A stretch of 64,000 nucleotides of DNA, taken from Octopus bimaculoides. Its lineage: Eukaryota. The stretch spans positions 126,204,706 through 126,268,705 of the forward strand of contig NC_068984.1 of assembly GCF_001194135.2 (NCBI RefSeq), in the 5' to 3' direction. The translations under genes and the position numbers were made by a program. Below, piece after piece: positions 1 through 12,930 of this stretch. Numbering within the stretch: position 1 is the first letter of the stretch; each line of letters opens with the position of its first letter. Below the pieces are notes generated by a model. The model was given only the letters and a program-made list of their open reading frames with translations. It was not told where the DNA came from and did no database searches.

Positions 1-1385
1 GGAATTGCTCACTCGCATTTTCAAAACAGAGTATTCAATACCTGGATGAAGTGCAAGGGTGAGTCGATGATGATCAAAATTATGAGGAGCCCTGATCTGA
101 CACACGGAGGTTCTATGATTTCTGCGAATTATACCTCCTTAACTTTTTAGTATTCAGAATAAACTATATTTTAACTCTTATTCATTGACATTGTTTTGTA
201 TTAATCAGGCATTATCTTGTACCTTCAAGATTTTGATGATGTAATTGTATATTTTGTGAATGATATTGTAAGGTAGGTGTGAGAGACCCAACCTGGTTGG
301 TGTGAACATAAAACAGGTAGAACATTTTGGCCAGTTTAAACACTAAAGGGTTAACAAACTCCATCTGAACAATGCAAGCAGGAAATGTGGATGGTAAAAT
401 GATAACTGATAGTCACTCACAAACATTTTTCAATGCCTGGCCCATATGTGTGCTATGTCTCTTCTAATTTCTTTTTCTACAATGGCCTCTACTGGTTAGC
501 TGGTCTTATGTCAGTTTCAGTAATGTTGTCTGGACTTAGTTATTCTTCTCATGATTGATGTTGTATCTAATGCTCCAGGCCCTGCAATTCCTTCCCTGCA
601 CATGTCTATTTTGCCACCATCAACTTGACCCTCTTATACTGCTAATCTCTCATTAACTGGCACAAAGACACCGCCTTCACTACTACTCCCTCCTTCCAGC
701 TGAGGGGTTTTTTTGTCTTGCAAGTTACTTGGTGGCCCTGTCAGTGCTGGTACCACATAATAACCACTGATGGTGTTATGTAGAAAGCACCCAGTACACT
801 CTGTTAAGTTATTGGCATTAGGGGGAGCATCCAGCCATAGAGATTTTGCCAAAACAGACAGTGGAGCCTGTGTTACCAGCTCCTCTCAAACTGTCCCACC
901 CATGCCAGCATGGAAAACAGACAGACATTAAATGATGATGATAATGGTGGAAAATATATATATATAAGTCAGTAAATAGTGGGGTTGTGTTAACCGCACG
1001 TGGAGAAATAATAGGAAAATGAAAAATAATAATAAGGCAGAATGCTAAACTGGAAGCATATTTTAATAAAGCAAATTTTCAAGAAAAGGGAGAATAAAAA
1101 TGTTTTTTACAAAGAAGTACAAAATGAAGAAAATAATATATAAAAAAATAAATATACCAATACATTATATCATTTTTGAGCTTTTGAAGTTCAATGGTAA
1201 TTCATGTATATAATGGTTGGAAAAATAAGGATGCATGAGAATTGAGAGTTGTGTTAGGTTTAAAAAAAGGGTTAAAAGTTTGTGTTAAGCAGGAAGTGTG
1301 TGTAAGGGGAGACAAATGTTTTTAGTTAATCTCCCTCAATACCGCCAAATTCCACTCAGTGGCCATATAGACTCTTGCGCCAGAA

Positions 1386-1827
1386 NNNNNNNNNNNNNNN
1401 NNNNNNNNNNNNNNNNNNNNNNNNNNNNNNNNNNNNNNNNNNNNNNNNNNNNNNNNNNNNNNNNNNNNNNNNNNNNNNNNNNNNNNNNNNNNNNNNNNNN
1501 NNNNNNNNNNNNNNNNNNNNNNNNNNNNNNNNNNNNNNNNNNNNNNNNNNNNNNNNNNNNNNNNNNNNNNNNNNNNNNNNNNNNNNNNNNNNNNNNNNNN
1601 NNNNNNNNNNNNNNNNNNNNNNNNNNNNNNNNNNNNNNNNNNNNNNNNNNNNNNNNNNNNNNNNNNNNNNNNNNNNNNNNNNNNNNNNNNNNNNNNNNNN
1701 NNNNNNNNNNNNNNNNNNNNNNNNNNNNNNNNNNNNNNNNNNNNNNNNNNNNNNNNNNNNNNNNNNNNNNNNNNNNNNNNNNNNNNNNNNNNNNNNNNNN
1801 NNNNNNNNNNNNNNNNNNNNNNNNNNN
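1386..1827. other. Assembly gap (N run)
   Basis: N run. Other gaps at 13254-13628, 39780-39789 and 52122-52131. Confidence 1.
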
Positions 1828-3489
1828 TATACACACACACACACACATTTAATGTTTTGTGTGTTATTTTGAATTTAAAAATACTGTCTTAAAATATTGT
1901 GTAATACCTTTATTCTTCCCATCATTTTCGTATATAATTTTATTTTTATTGTTTGTTATCTCCACATATTCTGTTATATCTTTTGTACACCTGCATTATC
2001 ATTGGGGACTGGTGGCAAAAACAATGAAAGAATTATTTAAATGAAAATGACTTGCATTCAGATTTTGCTTGGTATCATCCACATAGGTTTCTAATGTCCT
2101 AGGAGAATGCATAAGCATCACAAAGTCCCCCTTCCTCATCTATAATTAAAAGTAGCATTACTATAGTTTTTTTCTAGAATAATGTAGATTTTAAAAATAG
2201 TTCTTTCATGTTTGCCTTTTTTTTTTCTTCTTTGTGAATTGTTGTTTAAGTTTACTCCACAACTAAAATAGCATTACTAACTATATCAAATAAAATTAGG
2301 CGGCAATAGAGCTCATATCTCCATTATTCAGACAGCTTTGACTAATTGTTGTTATAATAATAATAATAATAAGTAGAAGAATAACAACAACAACCAGCAT
2401 AATAGTTACTTCAGTCCTCCAGACAGGATCAACAATGGTTCATTTATTTATTTATTTATTTACTTGCATTGACGGCAGCGTACTGGTTCACTGCAGCGAC
2501 GGGACATACATTCTATATATTACAGCTATAATATCTGTGTGGGTGGGTTTCTGTATATATATTTTTTTATGTGTATATATATTAGTTTATTCAGAGATAA
2601 AGCTTCACATTAAGCAAATATATATTGCTGAGTATTCTCTTTTGTACACTTGAATGCACATGTGCATGTATATGATAATCTTTATTGCAAATCCTCCATT
2701 CAAGTGTATGAAAACATTTAGGTGTGGTATACAGTCACACTACATATAGTCATTAGATTCTACAGGCTTCTACTTTATTTCTCCAATAAAAAGGCAAATC
2801 TCAATTACTTGAGAAGTCTTTGCATATGGCACTTAATACATCATCCCTTAACTTATTTATCCAAATTCATGTTGTTAGTCATTTTGAATTATTTCCTCTT
2901 AGCTTTCTTTTTTTTTTTTTTAAATTTCTTTCTGCAAATTATACTGGCTAACAGTTATTTGTAATTCCCTTTTTATACATAAAATGTTTTTCACCTGTTG
3001 AAGCAGGGTTTTTTTGTATTGCCCAGTTCAGTGTTATTTTTCAATAAAACGAACAGATATGTATATTGTTCTATATATTTATACACACTTACATACATAT
3101 TATATTTGTCAGCATATTGTTAAGCAGTATTCTTATGAAGTTTATAAAATGTGAGTTTGTATGTACCCGTGTGTGTGAGAGTGAGAGAGGGTATGTTTCT
3201 TGACAGATTGTTTAGACTAACTGGAAAAGGAGAAATCAATACATAAAGGCAAGTGCTTATATAATAAAGAAATTATGTGGCTGTGTGGTCAAATGTTGGT
3301 TACCAAAATCACAAGATAATAAATAGATGGAAACTGTATGGAAGCCCATGGAATGGATTGTATCAATAATTCAAAGAGTAAATCTTATTACACACACTGA
3401 TCATGCTGAAGATTACATTAAAGGTTTGCATGTCTGTAGATATTCCAACAACTGAATACTTGTCTTCAAAAACAATGTAGTTCCATTTA

Positions 3490-4330
3490 CTCTAGTTCTC
3501 ATAGCTAAGTCTGTTGAAGGTTTGGAGAAGAAATTCCAGATCTGGAAGCAAAAACCGAGTAAACTTAGCAAAGGGTGAAGTCTTAGAGGACAGACCCTGC
3601 TACCATTTGGAAATTGTTGTGCTCAGTAGATAGAAATTCCATGCGATGTACCTGGTGTAAACTTTGAATGCACAATAGTTGTTATGAGATCACAGGCAGG
3701 TTGACTGTTAAGGTAAAACTTTGTATGTGGCAAGATACACAGGAGTTATTAGTAGTAAGAATACATTTGAAAAACATTTCTTCAAACACTTGGAAAACTC
3801 ACTACAAGTTGTTGATAACTTTTGCTACATCAGTGGCCTAATTAGCAGTTGAGGTGAGTATAGTGACCACTGTAAGAACAGAGTGGAGGAATTTTAAGAA
3901 GTTTGATGGTAGAACATGGTTTCTCTCTCCTTGTATAATGCTTGTGTACAAAGTACAATAGTGTATGGTACTGAGAGTGAGATGTGAACCTTGAATGCAG
4001 AGAATTTAAGATTAGATAGAAATAAAGTGCTGTGCTCTGCTGACAGTAATATTAGCATACAGTGAATGATGGAGTACAAATGAGCTGAGAGAAAAGCATT
4101 GGGTATGAGAGGAATTAGATGTGTGCAAGAGAGAAAATATTCTGCTGTTATGAGTACGAGATGTATATGAAAGACAGCAGTTGTTTAAAGTGGTAGTGAG
4201 TGCTCAAAGTAGGATGGAACCTGTGAAAAAAGGTGTACTAGGAAGGCATGGGACAAAGTGATGGAGATTGATCTCAAAATGCTGAGCTTCACAAAAAGTT
4301 GGTGACGTGGTGCTGAAGAAGACCTGACAA
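3490..4330 (+). mobile_element. Old, highly decayed RTE LINE fragment
   Basis: Interrupted peptides VLIAKSVEGLEKKFQIWKQ, VDRNSMRCTWCKL and a C-terminal RKAWDKVMEIDLKMLSFT segment resembling the copy at 15306-15497. Confidence 0.65.
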
Positions 4331-5911
4331 CATATGCAGACATAGAAAGATGAATGTTAAAATGGTGATAGTGGTGAAGACTGGGACATGTATCTACATT
4401 TAGTTTGTTGCTATATGTTTCTGTTAAGTCACCATTTTCTCTCCAGTCCCTTGCTCTTTCATGACCTCCCTTTTTTCTGTTGCTCACCTTCTCTTTCATT
4501 TTATGCCATACTAATCATGTAATGATAGTTTGGGATCAATCCATATTTAATGCCCCCACCTCTTCTCTCTTCCCTCTTTCTTATTTCAATACCTGTGTAA
4601 TGAAAGAGTGCATTGGATCGGTTAATATTTGATACTCACCATCACTTTTCTGTATTGCTAGCCATCTCTCCCTCACTTCCAGGTCATTATTGATCTTCAT
4701 ATTACCATCACCCATTTCTTCACCTATCCAATCCCTTGCTCTCTTTGTCTCCCTTACCAACAAACATATAACTGCTATCACTACACACAAACACACACAC
4801 AATTACCTAATTAATTATCCAATTATCAGAAAGGTTTCTTACTCATTAGCCAATTAAGAAATTAAATGTAATAAATCAGTTAAATTGTAAAGAAATGCTT
4901 AGAACAGTTAACTATTAATAATGGGTACACAAATCCATTAAAAGGTGACTGAGGGTTAGAAATACCTAGACTGGCATGAAATAAGTGACAATCTGTTGCA
5001 GATCTTAAATAGCTGCACCCCAAACTGGAAGAAACATTAGCACGCCAGGTGAAATGCTTGGCAGTATTTTATCTGTTTTTATATTCTGAGTTCAAATTCA
5101 GCTGAGGTCGACTTTGCTTTTCATCCTTTCGGGGTCGATTAAATTGACTGGCCCCCTCCCCAAAAATTTCAGGCCTTGTGCCTAGAGTAGAAAAAAAAGA
5201 AACTATGTGCTATTCTAACTCATGGAGATTCCATAAAGTTGCATTAATCTTTGCTCTATGGTTCTGGTTGATTGCATTTTCCTCGCTAAAAAGAACAAAA
5301 AGAAGGTCATATCATTTGTTGTTCATGCAGTTAGTAGGAAGTAGATAGCTTTACAAATGTATTGTCTTTTACTATCACAACTCGACTGTGAAGGAGATTT
5401 GGAACCTGTTGTCAGTCAGGCACATTGGAGCACAACAGAAAGTTGTTGAAAAATTTGATCACATGACCATGTAGCCAGTATATCTAGCAATTTATTTAAC
5501 TTGCCAACACTGCCACATTAATGTGCCATATTTTTGTTAGTTTATAAATAACTGGCTGAATGTTTATTATTCCATTGGTCCTGACGTCCAATCATATCTT
5601 ACCTAGTCAGCTGCCAGTGATCAAGAGACTCACATATTACAATAATGTCATGTGCATAATATGTGTCTTCTATCTTAACTCCCTTCTTAGTTTATCTGAC
5701 TAGACTATTAAAATTATTTTTCTTTCAGCATTTCAGCCCAGCTACATTCATTTCTCTAGTACATGTTACCAGTAGATGATGCAGGGCACATGTTTTACTT
5801 GCTGCTGGCCATAGACACTGTGTCAATAACCTGTTCATATTTTATAATGTCACAACACCAATTTACTTTTATAGTGCAATTCCAAGTCAATTCTGATCCA
5901 ACAGAATTATA

Positions 5912-6123
5912 CAGGGTGTCCACAAAGTCTGGGTACATGGGGAATAACACATACTTTAAGAAATTATTATTTCCTATATTTAATTGTTTGTTATGATTTT
6001 ATTTACTCCATGTACCCACATGGGAATTAATACATACTTTAAGAAATTATTATTTCTTATATTTAATTGTTTATGTTATGAATTTAATTTTACTCCATGT
6101 ACCCAGACCTTGTGGACACCCTG
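5912..6123. mobile_element. Tc1/mariner-type MITE with an internal tandem duplication
   Basis: TA|CAGGGTGTCCACAAAGTCTGGGTACATGG ... CCATGTACCCAGACCTTGTGGACACCCTG|TA, a ~29-bp TIR with one mismatch and a TA TSD. The interior is two imperfect copies of an ~85-bp unit. Confidence 0.85.
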
Positions 6124-9100
6124 TAGTACACAGGTAGTCAGTCAAACACTTTTTTTTATAGGTGTAGGCATGGCTGTGTGGGTAAGAACTTCACTTCCCA
6201 GCAACATGTGTGGCACCTTGGGCAAGTGTCTTCTACAGCCTCATTCATGCCAACCAAAGCCTTGTGAGTGGATTTGGTAGATGGAAACTGAAAGAAGCCT
6301 GTCGTGTATATGTGTGTGTCTTTGTGTCTGTGTTTGTCCCCACCACTGCTTGACAACTGGTACTGATGTGTTCATGTCCCTGTAACTTAGCAGTTTGTCG
6401 AAAGAGACCAATAAAATAAGCACCAGGCTTTAAAAATAAATACTGGGGTCAATTCATTCAACTAAAAATACTCCAAGGCAGTACTCCAGCATGGCCACAG
6501 TCTAATGACTGAAACAAGTAAAAGGTAAAAGACATATATATATAATTTATTTACTCACTTCTGCCTATGTACCTAAGAATGATGCTGGATATCTCATCAT
6601 GAAGTTGTTAATTGTATGAGGCACAGTGTCACAGATTGTACAAGTTTTATCCTCATCATTGTCTAAGATTATTTCCATATGCCTATTGTTTAAATTCTAG
6701 TCAGTCTTGACTGAGTAGACCTCAGATCAAATATATTTAAACTGTGACCATCCCATAGTGGCCACTTCAAAGTGGGTTAAGTGGTTGACCCAGAACATGA
6801 TAGTTGCCATTCTACTACACTTAAATCATTTGTGGTGTTCATCTCAGTATAGAGTTTAGGATGGAGTTTATTTGATGCTTTTACTGTTTTTGTGTTCTTT
6901 TCTGCTTATCTGGACTGAATGAGAGGGTTAATGTTTTTAGGATGGTATTGTAGATGTATCTAAACTGAATGGGTGGGATATTGTTTTTGCCGTATTTTGA
7001 ACTGTTAAGGATATGTCCAGTTGATGTACCACCAAGGTCTGTGATAGTTGAAGTATACTACAATAGCAAACTGTGCCTCAGTTGTTTAGATAAGAGTTTG
7101 TGTGTGTGTGATGCTTCAACTCCAGCTCTTTCATGACATTTTCTAACAATACACAGCTTATGTGTTCCAATTAATTTTCAAAACAGCCAAGGATTTGAAG
7201 ATGGGTTTTATGATTTTTTTCATTATATTAAGATAGTGTTTGGATTACACTTTCACTAAAGGTTCTTGCACATCTGAAATATTGTGTTAGCATTGATGTT
7301 AAGGGGTGATTTAAGATGCAATGTTAACATGGGGTTGTTAATATAATTCCAAGTTAATATGTTTGGCTAGGTTGGTAACAGTGGGACAAGGGGCAGCCTC
7401 TGGTAAATTCATATTGAAAGGGCTCCTTCTAAACATAACTACCAACCTTTGCAGTAAGCAGGCTGTATTGAGTATTACTCTGCTCTTAGTTTTGTTTACC
7501 TTCCAAACATTGTACTTGAGCTCTCTTTGCTAAATTTTAAGACGTGGCAGTTAGTAGCAGAGACCAGATTCAACTAAATTGAAATACAACCTAAAGTTGA
7601 GTCTCCTGGATTTTTTGTTTGCTTGTGTTGTTTCTCAGTATCTCAATCAAAATCCTGGTGAAGAGGTTTTAATAGCTCAACATCAGTGCAGTTAGCTGCA
7701 GAAAATACATTTATGACCAATATCAATCATCTCTAGTAGTTACTGTGTACGGGAATTGCATATTCCCTTAGAATAGATTATAACGACAGATTTGAGTTAA
7801 CAGCCAGAAACACATCTATTATAAATAAGAATAATGTATTATATATTTGACAGAAGATCAGTTTGTATGTATGGGGAAGTATTTACTTGACAATACTGTA
7901 TTTCAGACATCTACAGATTATATAATGATGATGAATTAATAAAATATGAGGTAGATATGTACTGCTATCCACTATTTGGTGAATTAATGAACATCAGGGA
8001 CCAATGTGATGTATTGCTGTGGAATAGTAGGGAACCAGTACAATATATCAATGTAGTACATTGTAGAATATTAGAGAGCAGTATAATATATTATCATAGT
8101 ATAACATTGGGAGGTCAGACGATATAATGTTGTTGTACATTGTAGAACACTATTAACCATTCTGTTGCAGACATAGACCTACAAATGACCTAACTCTTTA
8201 GTATTTAAATCGGCCATATCAGGTCCAAATATTTTATCTGTTCTGTGCTTAAACTGGCTAGATCCATAACACTTAACCTATAATGTCATTCTTAAAATAA
8301 ATAATCATCTCATCGAAATATCGAAGCTACAAGATAATAAATGATAAATTCAAAGCAATATGAATAATTAAGCATTACATCCAACAGAATAATCTGAATA
8401 CTAAAGGGTTAAAAGCTCTATATCAGCAGTCAAACAATACATTGTTTCCTTCACACGCTTCATTAAACCCGGGTTTTGTTTTCAGAAGCATAAAACACAT
8501 CAATATTGAACACCTGCTCTCTTCTATACTGTGTATCAGTGTAATGGTTACATGTCTTGGCCAGATTAACCACCAGTGTGCATGCTGCTGGGTAACTAAC
8601 CCTTTAGTTAGCAACACTGTGTAACCCTGTCTTCATTAAACAAGATACTCTTTCTCTTACTACAACATCTGTTATTGCTCAAGTTAATGTGGAAGCCAGT
8701 ATACAAGTCCTTCTACCACAGAGCTCTATGCCCTGCTTATATCTACTCCTCTTTCACACAATCACTGACTTGCAACAGCTTGATATGAATATTGATTACA
8801 TTATCTCTCCTCTCCACCCAAGGTGAAGACAGTTGAAAAGGCCATAATTAACACCGTCCTTCCTTGTTGGAATAACTAATAAGGAAGAAATTTGAATTGT
8901 ATGCTCACATATATTGGGTGGTGGTAATGGTGCTACACACACACGCACACATATATATCCTAGGCATAGCAAAAACTTCCTCACTAACACACTACAACCA
9001 CTAACTCACAAAAATGCTTTTTTGTCTCTTTTCCTCTTCTATCACTATTACGATGCTTTCTGTTTCACTGAACTTGCTAGATTCATGCATACCTTTTCCC

Positions 9101-11461
9101 CACCTCATCTCCATGCCTGCAAGCATTGTTCCACAAATGTTCTAACCAAATGCTGAACTGGGAGAGCCTTCATAGATTATGGACATTAGCTCTTTGCTGC
9201 TAATAATGTTATTAAAAAGAAAGAAAAAAAATGGTTTAGTTTTAGTTAATCGTAGAGTAGCTTTAACCCTTTAGCGTTTAAACCAGCCATATCCGGCCCA
9301 AATATGTTACCCATCTTATGTTCTAACCAGCCAGATCCAGCCTATTACACCTACCTTTCAATGCTGTTCTAAAAATACACAATCCCATCATCAAAATTTC
9401 AAAGCTACAAATTAATGCAAGATTAATTCAAAACAGTGTGAATGGGAAAGCATTACTTTTGACAGAATGATCTGAATGCTAAACGGTTAAATGAAGGACA
9501 GTGTCTAGAATTAGCATGCTGGTGGTGGTGGTCAGTATTGGCAGGGATCTGATTGAAAACATACATGCCTATTTTCTTGTGTGACAACGATTTTATTAGA
9601 ACATTAATGATTGTCTCTGCCTTATGTTGACAACACAACATACAACTATTCTGACATTAAAAGGGAAAGTGTACAGGTCTTACAGCAAGTAGTATTGAAA
9701 TAATAATGTTTCCTCTCACTTATTCAAATGAGGTATTAGCAAAATGCTTAGTAGCATTTTGTCCATCTTTATGTTCTGAGTTCAACTTCCACCAAAGTTG
9801 ACATTGCCTATCTTCCTTTCAGGGTCAGTAAAACAAGTACCAGTTTAGCACTGGAATCAATGTAATTGATTTACTCCCTTTCCCAAACTTGCTGGCCTTG
9901 TGCCAAAATTTGAAACTAATATTTTCTTTGTTTCTTTTGTCCTCTTTAATGAAGGTCTTTTTTTTTTTTCTGTTCTTTTCAGCTTCCAAATTAGTGGCTG
10001 GTGTGTGTTCTAAATACTTGCAGAGAAAGGTAAAGTTTATATTAATTTTTCTTGAACTCAACTATTGAGAACAGATGTTTGTTTCTACTTTCATGAGGAA
10101 AAGCAAGTAAAGAATTCATTCTTGCTCTGGAAAGGATGTCTGCCTAATGCCTACTGAAATTCAAAAAAGTGCTGATAGCTATTTTCTTAAGCTGGCTGGC
10201 ATAAAACTCATGGCATTAATCCCACTGACAGAATTACAATGAAATGCCTACATTGAAATTTGAGCTCAGAACCTGTGTGTTTTGATAGTGCAACTTATCT
10301 CCACAACCATTTCACCATTATTTACTGTTGACCTAGTGTTGTGATCATTTGGATTTGTAAGTGACAGTTATATATTAGATCATATCATCTATTAAGTCAC
10401 CATCACTTTGTGGTTATCACTGAAATCTGTTGTAAATGTAAGAGGTCTGAGCGGAGGAGATATAAAAGTACTAGCTCATAGGTCACTGATTCAAATCGGT
10501 TGCGTGAAAGAACATTTTATTTCTTTATTTCAGATAGCAGTGTTAAATTAGGCAAGAGATTAGAAGCATCTTATCAGTTGCCTGGTTATCATTACCAGCT
10601 GGCCTTGGGAGACCTTTTGTGGAATCCACTCTTTTATGCACCTTCAGACCAGGTCTTTAATACCTCTCTCTCATAGAAGGAAGAAATTGTATCCATGGCT
10701 TTTGTCTCTGAAACGAGTTAGATTGATGGAGTAGTTAAACTAAAGTTGGTGCTGCTTGTGGCAGCACTTGAGATCTTATGTGCCACCTAATGAAAAGCAC
10801 AGCGTAATACACGTCAAAAATCATAACACCCACAAAAAATGTTGCTCAGGAGTGGAACATTCTCCTTCCATTCCTTACCGCTATTTTGCTACACTAGGAT
10901 TGATGTAGCTCATATTCAATTTGAATAACTGCAAGATCTTGATTCCATTTTCTCTGTGTTCTTCACCAGTTTCAGTACTGCTCTTCCTGTTCTCACCAAA
11001 CCCCCCCCCCCCAAAATACAATGCTACCTCAGCTGTTGGTACCAGATCATATGAGAGTGTGCCCTGTGACAGATTAGCATCCTGTTTGGAGGGGAGATAT
11101 AATTCGTTCATGCAAAGTTGTGAAATTGGAGTTAAGTACTGGCCTTTAAAAGCCTCTTTAGGATTTAGGAGGCATTTGCACACACCCACAGACACGTGCA
11201 CACCATCTGTTCAGTTAGTCAATTAGTGGTAGACAACTTGTGAGGGAGCTTTTGTGCAGTTGGTCAGTCTGCTAGTAGTTTCATGCTCTACCATCTTTAA
11301 AAAAAAAAATTAGACATATTAGATAATTATAGACTTGAAATACACTATCTGATTAAAATTCTGGAATGTCTTTGTTTGTAAGGTTGACTGGGGAGCTAAA
11401 AAATGCAACCACTACAACTTTTCTGTTAGTAGATGATTAGTCTAGCAGTGTTCCTATATAA

Positions 11462-11920
11462 CCCTTTACCTGTCCAAAAAATTTTCGTAACTTCGTCCTC
11501 AATGTCCATACTTGTTTTTGTGCTTTTAGTTGGCTCGTTTCATACATCATCATCATCATCGTTTAACGTCCGCTTTCCATGCTAGCATGGGTTGGACGAT
11601 TTGACTGAGGACTGGTGAAACCAGATGGCTACACCAGGCTCCAATCTGATTTGGCAGAGTTTCTACAGCTGGATGCCCTTCCTAATGCCAACCACTCAGA
11701 GAGTGTAGTGGGTGCTTTTTACGTGCCACCAGCACGAAGGCCAGTCAGGCGGTACTGGCAACGGCCACACTCACATTCTGCATAATATAAAGCTTTCCTT
11801 TCATGAACTCCAAGTTATTCTGCTAGTTGAAAAATATTAGGAGTGTATATCATATATGTTGTGTGAACACCAGATAAATTTTTTCTTTTGTATCTTGTGT
11901 TACACGAGACAGGTAAAGGG
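11462..11920. mobile_element. Second piggyBac-type MITE with a nested RTE-tail insertion
   Basis: ATAA|CCCTTTACCTGTC ... GACAGGTAAAGGG|TTAA, a perfect 13-bp TIR. The RTE tail at 11545-11773 lies inside it. Confidence 0.75.
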
Positions 11921-12857
11921 TTAAAGTGACCATGACATTACAATATTAACATCCACCATATTATTCAGCTCACAAATTTGTTGCCATCATTCTAATAACA
12001 AACTATTGAAACTGAATCTCATCTTAAAAGAAATGGATTGATTTTATATCTTGGTTGGTAGAATAAGATCCAGTGATTTTTACATGTCCTAATCTACTGT
12101 ATTCTTCCATGCTTAACTAATCCTAACCCGGATCTTTTCCTTTTGGCCGGCACATAGAAAAAATAATTTTTGGTGACTAAACACTTTCAAATTTCGTATA
12201 CTGGTAGAATGTGTCATTTAAAACATCATTTACTCTTAGCGTTTTAAAAAAAAATTCCTTATTTTCAAAGTTATGACGTCTATTGAGGTGAAAACAATTA
12301 CTGCTGTGGTTTGTCAGCAAGACGTTCTGGTGGTGTAATGGGATCTTTTCCCTTGAATAAAATTACTGCCGTTGTTTGTTAACAACTATCGGTGGTACTG
12401 TTATCTATGACATCGTTCGTGCGTTTGTACTAGTTTTAGCTTTAGAGTTTTAGGGTTAGGGTCCAAGTTTTAGAGTTAGGGTTAGCCTATTTTATTTCAT
12501 ATCAATTCCATTTGCAACAATAACTATAACAGCAACATCAATAAAAACCTCAGCGAGGTAATGAGTTGACAAAGAAGCCACCATGTAGTTGTTCTATATA
12601 ACAACCAAATCACCCTCAAATTACACTCTATTGTCTTATAAATGAAAACAATGGATAATTTTAAACCTGGATGTGGTTTTTATATTTTATTTCTTCATCA
12701 TTAGATGATACTTTAGAAATCTAAATACTAATGACACACATACTGCAACTAATTTTATTGTGATTCTAATTGAATTCATTAATTACTCTTTTGTTTATTC
12801 TGTTGGACTGATTTCTTTTAAAGTTCTCTCTCTCTCTCTCTCTTTCTTTTTCTACAG

Positions 12858-12930
12858 TGTGAAACTGTTGACATTGATGGCATCTTGAAACTATTGAAAA
12901 TGTTTCGTGAGAATTTGAGTATCAGATATG
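12858..12930 (+). CDS. LEMD3: LEMD3-like exon (CETVDIDGILKLLKMFRENLSIRY-G)
   Basis: ttctacag| acceptor after a (TC)n tract and |gtgagt donor. Only one of three frames is open; 73 nt, phase 0 to 1. Confidence 0.8.

Noticed and set aside
80-140. RSPDLT peptide resembling a Tc1/mariner motif
   Set aside because: Only six residues with no supporting flanking motifs.
1298-1872. Long ORFs in the track spanning N runs (also 13062-13769)
   Set aside because: Artefacts of translating N as X.
10881-11226. Overlapping 106-aa and 101-aa ORFs
   Set aside because: No recognisable domain or splice context, and the size is within chance for overlapping frames.
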